DNA of 55,545 nucleotides from Candidatus Roizmanbacteria bacterium GW2011_GWA2_37_7 (GTDB lineage: Bacteria > Patescibacteriota > Microgenomatia > UBA1406 > GWC2-37-13), in the NCBI GenBank assembly GCA_000990445.1, contig LBTJ01000001.1, positions 1 through 55,545 of the forward strand. Direction: 5' to 3'. Shown piece after piece: positions 53,422 to 55,545 of this stretch. Every line of letters starts with the position of its first letter. The first letter of the stretch is position 1. Position numbers and translations under genes: made by a program. The notes below the pieces were generated by a model. The model was not told the origin of the DNA, searched no databases, and saw only the letters and a list, made by a program, of their open reading frames with translations.

Positions 53422-54638
53422 AATTTAAAGAAGAAAATATTAGCCCTTTCCTCGTATTCGTTGACATAGCTGATGGTAAGAGTGGGTTTTTGTTTTTCAG
53501 CCCAACCAGGAGTATTAATACTATCATCATAGTAATGGTTTGCTCTTTTGGTGAGATCCGACACTTCACTATTGATAATCTTTCCAGCAATTTTATAGGA
53601 ATGCTCCCAGGCTGTTTTATCAATCTCAAGACCTTTATAGAGGGGGTCCTCTACATACTCGCGATTAGGGTCATCTTTATTGAATGAACTGAATTGTTCC
53701 GGTTCTGTAATCACTCCCCAATAAGTATTGGGCCATCTATTGCTCTTTACCCTATTTTTGATTACCCAACCAATAGCAACTCTTGCCTTGTCAGGCACAA
53801 GTGTTTTTCTAGCTTCACCAAATAAAGCGCGGGCTAAGATAATCTGATCGGGGTCATCGGCAAAACCCCCAGTCCACTCGGGATCCTCAACCGTGGGAAT
53901 GCGTTTAGGTGTATAGTCTCCCAAATCTAAAGTAACTGTGTGTAGGGTTGGTGTCTTGTCTACCCAAAATTCAATGTAATGGACGTCTTTGGTCAATTGT
54001 CTGACAAATGTCTTTTCCTCTCTCCTCACTCCTGAAAATATCTGTTCTGGTTTTGCGTGCCATGCCCAATTTCCCCAAAAGATAGACTTTCTATTCTGTT
54101 CTATATGACCGTCAACTATCAGCTTAACGTCGTCGCCATCAAATAAATGCCAGTCAACAGTGACATCTGCCGTAAGAGATTCTAAAGGAAGATCAATCAA
54201 CGCAAACGCATACCACGGCCGCCTGTCACCGTCCTCAGCCTGATCGTCCAAGGAAAACGAAATCTCCGGTGGGTTTTGAATTGGTGTAATGCTGTACGTT
54301 TCGATAATGGCACCACGTGTTGGGATAAGTTTTAATGTGTGACTTCCTTTATTGAGAGGAAGAAGAAAGATCACGGTTTTGGCTAGCCCTTTGAGAGCTG
54401 TACCATTCCACGCTGGTGGAATATCAACGTATTGAGGTTTATCTACTGAAGGGGTTTCTCTAGGTTTGATATTATCTATTTCTACACGAAGGTTTTCTCC
54501 TCCCCATAAACCCAATAATTTCCCCGATCGGCAACGTGCTTTGATCAATATGGCGTAGAGTCCAAACGTATCAACTGCAAAGTTGATGGTATCTAGCTGT
54601 GTAATCTTTTTACCTGTCATATTTAGATCGTAGCACAT
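53418..54638 (-). CDS. Cell-wall hydrolase with a C-terminal SleB/CwlJ (Hydrolase_2) domain and two N-terminal beta-sandwich-like repeats; no signal peptide
   Basis: 406 aa. ILARALFGEARKTLVPDKARVAIGWVIKNRVKSNRWPNTYWGVITEPEQFSSF matches the SleB-family core. The N-terminal halves share the pattern ..LRVEIDNI..KGSHTLKLIP.. / ..VKLIVDGHI..DVHYIEFWVD... Confidence 0.65.
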   Translation of the reverse strand: MCYDLNMTGKKITQLDTINFAVDTFGLYAILIKARCRSGKLLGLWGGENLRVEIDNIKPRETPSVDKPQYVDIPPAWNGTALKGLAKTVIFLLPLNKGSHTLKLIPTRGAIIETYSITPIQNPPEISFSLDDQAEDGDRRPWYAFALIDLPLESLTADVTVDWHLFDGDDVKLIVDGHIEQNRKSIFWGNWAWHAKPEQIFSGVRREEKTFVRQLTKDVHYIEFWVDKTPTLHTVTLDLGDYTPKRIPTVEDPEWTGGFADDPDQIILARALFGEARKTLVPDKARVAIGWVIKNRVKSNRWPNTYWGVITEPEQFSSFNKDDPNREYVEDPLYKGLEIDKTAWEHSYKIAGKIINSEVSDLTKRANHYYDDSINTPGWAEKQKPTLTISYVNEYEERANIFFFKL

Positions 54639-54695
54639 AATTTATAAACAATTTCCTTACAATTTTTGCGTATTACGAGCCGACGGTCTTGTCCT

Positions 54696-54753
54696 GAATG
54701 AAATCGAAGGATTCGGGGGCGCGGAAAGCGCTACCCCTCGGCGGTTTTCTTCT
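54696..54753. terminator. GC-rich hairpin cluster, a possible terminator of the BrnTA-like operon or part of a leader for the lysin gene
   Basis: GGGG-GCGC-GGAAA-GCGC-ua-CCCC at 54715-54737 has UUUUCUUCU on the plus side after a 7-nt gap. On the minus side there is a second small hairpin CGAA-UCC-UUCG followed by AUUUCAUUC. Confidence 0.3.
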
Positions 54754-54795
54754 CCTTACTGGCTGCGGGAACTGTAACAGGTTAGAAATAACTTA

Positions 54796-55116
54796 TTACA
54801 ATTTAATAGAGTAAACTCCTGTTACGTAGTCTCTTATTAGAGCATTAAGAAGTGTTTGGTAAGGAATATTTTTTTTATTAGCTTTTGCCTTCAACCTAAT
54901 TAAATCACCCTGATTTATACGAATGGTAATTTTCTGTGATTGTTGTAGTTGTGTATATCTCTTAGCCGCTTCCTGAAACATTTTTTTCATTTCTTCAGAA
55001 TTCTCAACAGGTTGCCACTCTCCCCGTGCTATAGATGTTTCTATTTCCTTTTCATAATCATCAAGGATAAGATTTTCAAATGGATTTATTTGATTTTTTT
55101 GTTTTTGATAAGCCAT
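54796..55116 (-). CDS. brnA: BrnA-like (CopG/RHH C-terminal) antitoxin
   Basis: 106 aa. ..ILDDYEKEIETSIARGEWQPVEN.. then KITIRINQGDLIRLKAKANKKNIPYQTLLNALIRDY is the COG3514-type layout. It lies 3 nt after the toxin gene. Confidence 0.6.
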   Translation of the reverse strand: MAYQKQKNQINPFENLILDDYEKEIETSIARGEWQPVENSEEMKKMFQEAAKRYTQLQQSQKITIRINQGDLIRLKAKANKKNIPYQTLLNALIRDYVTGVYSIKL

Positions 55117-55119
55117 AGT

Positions 55120-55401
55120 TTATTTTTTAAGATAAATTTTAGTTAATTTACGATCTGGATATACCGTTTTTAAGAATGCAACATTTTTCTTTTTGTCCCA
55201 AACAAAAGGAACTGCATAAATATAGTCATTTATATTCACTATTAGTATCTGCTGGTGTTTATATTTTTTCCTATTTTTATGCTCGATAACAGTTATATAT
55301 CCACCATGCTCTAAGGTATCTTTGACATGTTCAAAACAGACACCACGAGTTTTTTTGAGCAACTCATTCTTTTCTTCACTATACTCAATATCAAAATCCA
55401 T
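55120..55401 (-). CDS. brnT: BrnT-like (DUF497-type) toxin
   Basis: 93 aa. DIEYSEEKNELLKKTRGVCFEHV resembles the FEWDxxKxxxNxxKHGVSFEEA start of BrnT. The C-terminal AFLKTVYPDRKLTKIY resembles IRIISARKATKKE..Y. The toxin-first gene order matches BrnTA. Confidence 0.5.
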   Translation of the reverse strand: MDFDIEYSEEKNELLKKTRGVCFEHVKDTLEHGGYITVIEHKNRKKYKHQQILIVNINDYIYAVPFVWDKKKNVAFLKTVYPDRKLTKIYLKK

Positions 55402-55447
55402 TATAGTAAATATAAACCATATGTATGGCTTTTGTCAATACTTTTTG

Positions 55448-55518
55448 CTGGGAGACTTGGATTCGAACCAAGATAAACGGATTCAGAGTCCGTTGTCCTA
55501 CCATTAGACCTGCCCGCA
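55448..55518 (-). tRNA. tRNA-Gln (anticodon CUG), with an imperfect acceptor stem
   Basis: The minus strand reads TGCGGGC-AG-GTC-TAATGGTAG-GAC-A-ACGGA-CTCTGAA-TCCGT-TTAT-CTTGG-TTCGAAT-CCAAG-TCTCCCA-G. The anticodon and T arms are perfect, with a U1-A72/G73 Gln-like end. Pairs 3-70 (C.C) and 7-66 (C.U) mismatch and position 8 is A. Confidence 0.65.
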
Positions 55519-55545
55519 ATGCTACGCATAGCGTTGCAGGCGGGC

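Noticed and set aside
1-55545. CRISPR arrays, transposases/IS elements, rRNA genes and additional tRNAs
   Set aside because: No regularly spaced direct repeats, no DDE/HUH/serine-recombinase-like ORFs and no rRNA-like conserved stretches were seen. The only TTCGAAT T-loop with flanking tRNA arms is at 55448-55518.
1-55545. Alternative genetic code (UGA recoding, as in some candidate phyla) as an explanation for the interrupted genes
   Set aside because: Long ORFs are intact under the standard code and TGA is used as a terminal stop (for example the PduO C-part and the nrdJ N-part). The dapL and helicase interruptions are TAA stops. The others are frame changes, not stop codons.

Overview
AT-rich bacterial chromosomal segment read under the standard genetic code. 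Core genes include dnaA-dnaN, recA-recX, rny, hup, rpsA, nrdR-nrdJ, pgi, PBP2 and signal peptidase. There are also many small membrane or secreted Pro/Thr-rich orphans, a minimal PrgI/VirB4 type-IV-secretion-like cluster and a UbiA-type prenyltransferase. This gene content looks like a reduced-genome, probably CPR/Patescibacteria-type organism, but that is inference because no search was possible. Accessory pieces sit around the core genes. They are three type II toxin-antitoxin pairs (VapBC-like, DinJ/RelE-like, BrnTA-like), an EndoQ-like PHP nuclease next to a decayed UvrD-like helicase, and a block beside tRNA-Gln that carries a SleB-domain lysin. My best candidate for an undescribed system is the left-end locus at 898-5286. 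It holds an XRE double-HTH regulator, a divergent MazG-like protein, a nucleoside 2-deoxyribosyltransferase-like::RHH fusion and a 700-aa orphan, with three copies of a TGACA-N4-TGTCA operator-like motif. Other signals are a ~215-nt GC-rich structured leader upstream of a Zn-ribbon orphan and DnaA-box pairs both at dnaA and about 9 kb away. At least five genes are interrupted: dapL, PduO-type adenosyltransferase, class II RNR, a PIN gene and the UvrD-like helicase. No CRISPR array, rRNA or transposase was recognised. All family calls are by-eye motif recognition and need database confirmation.
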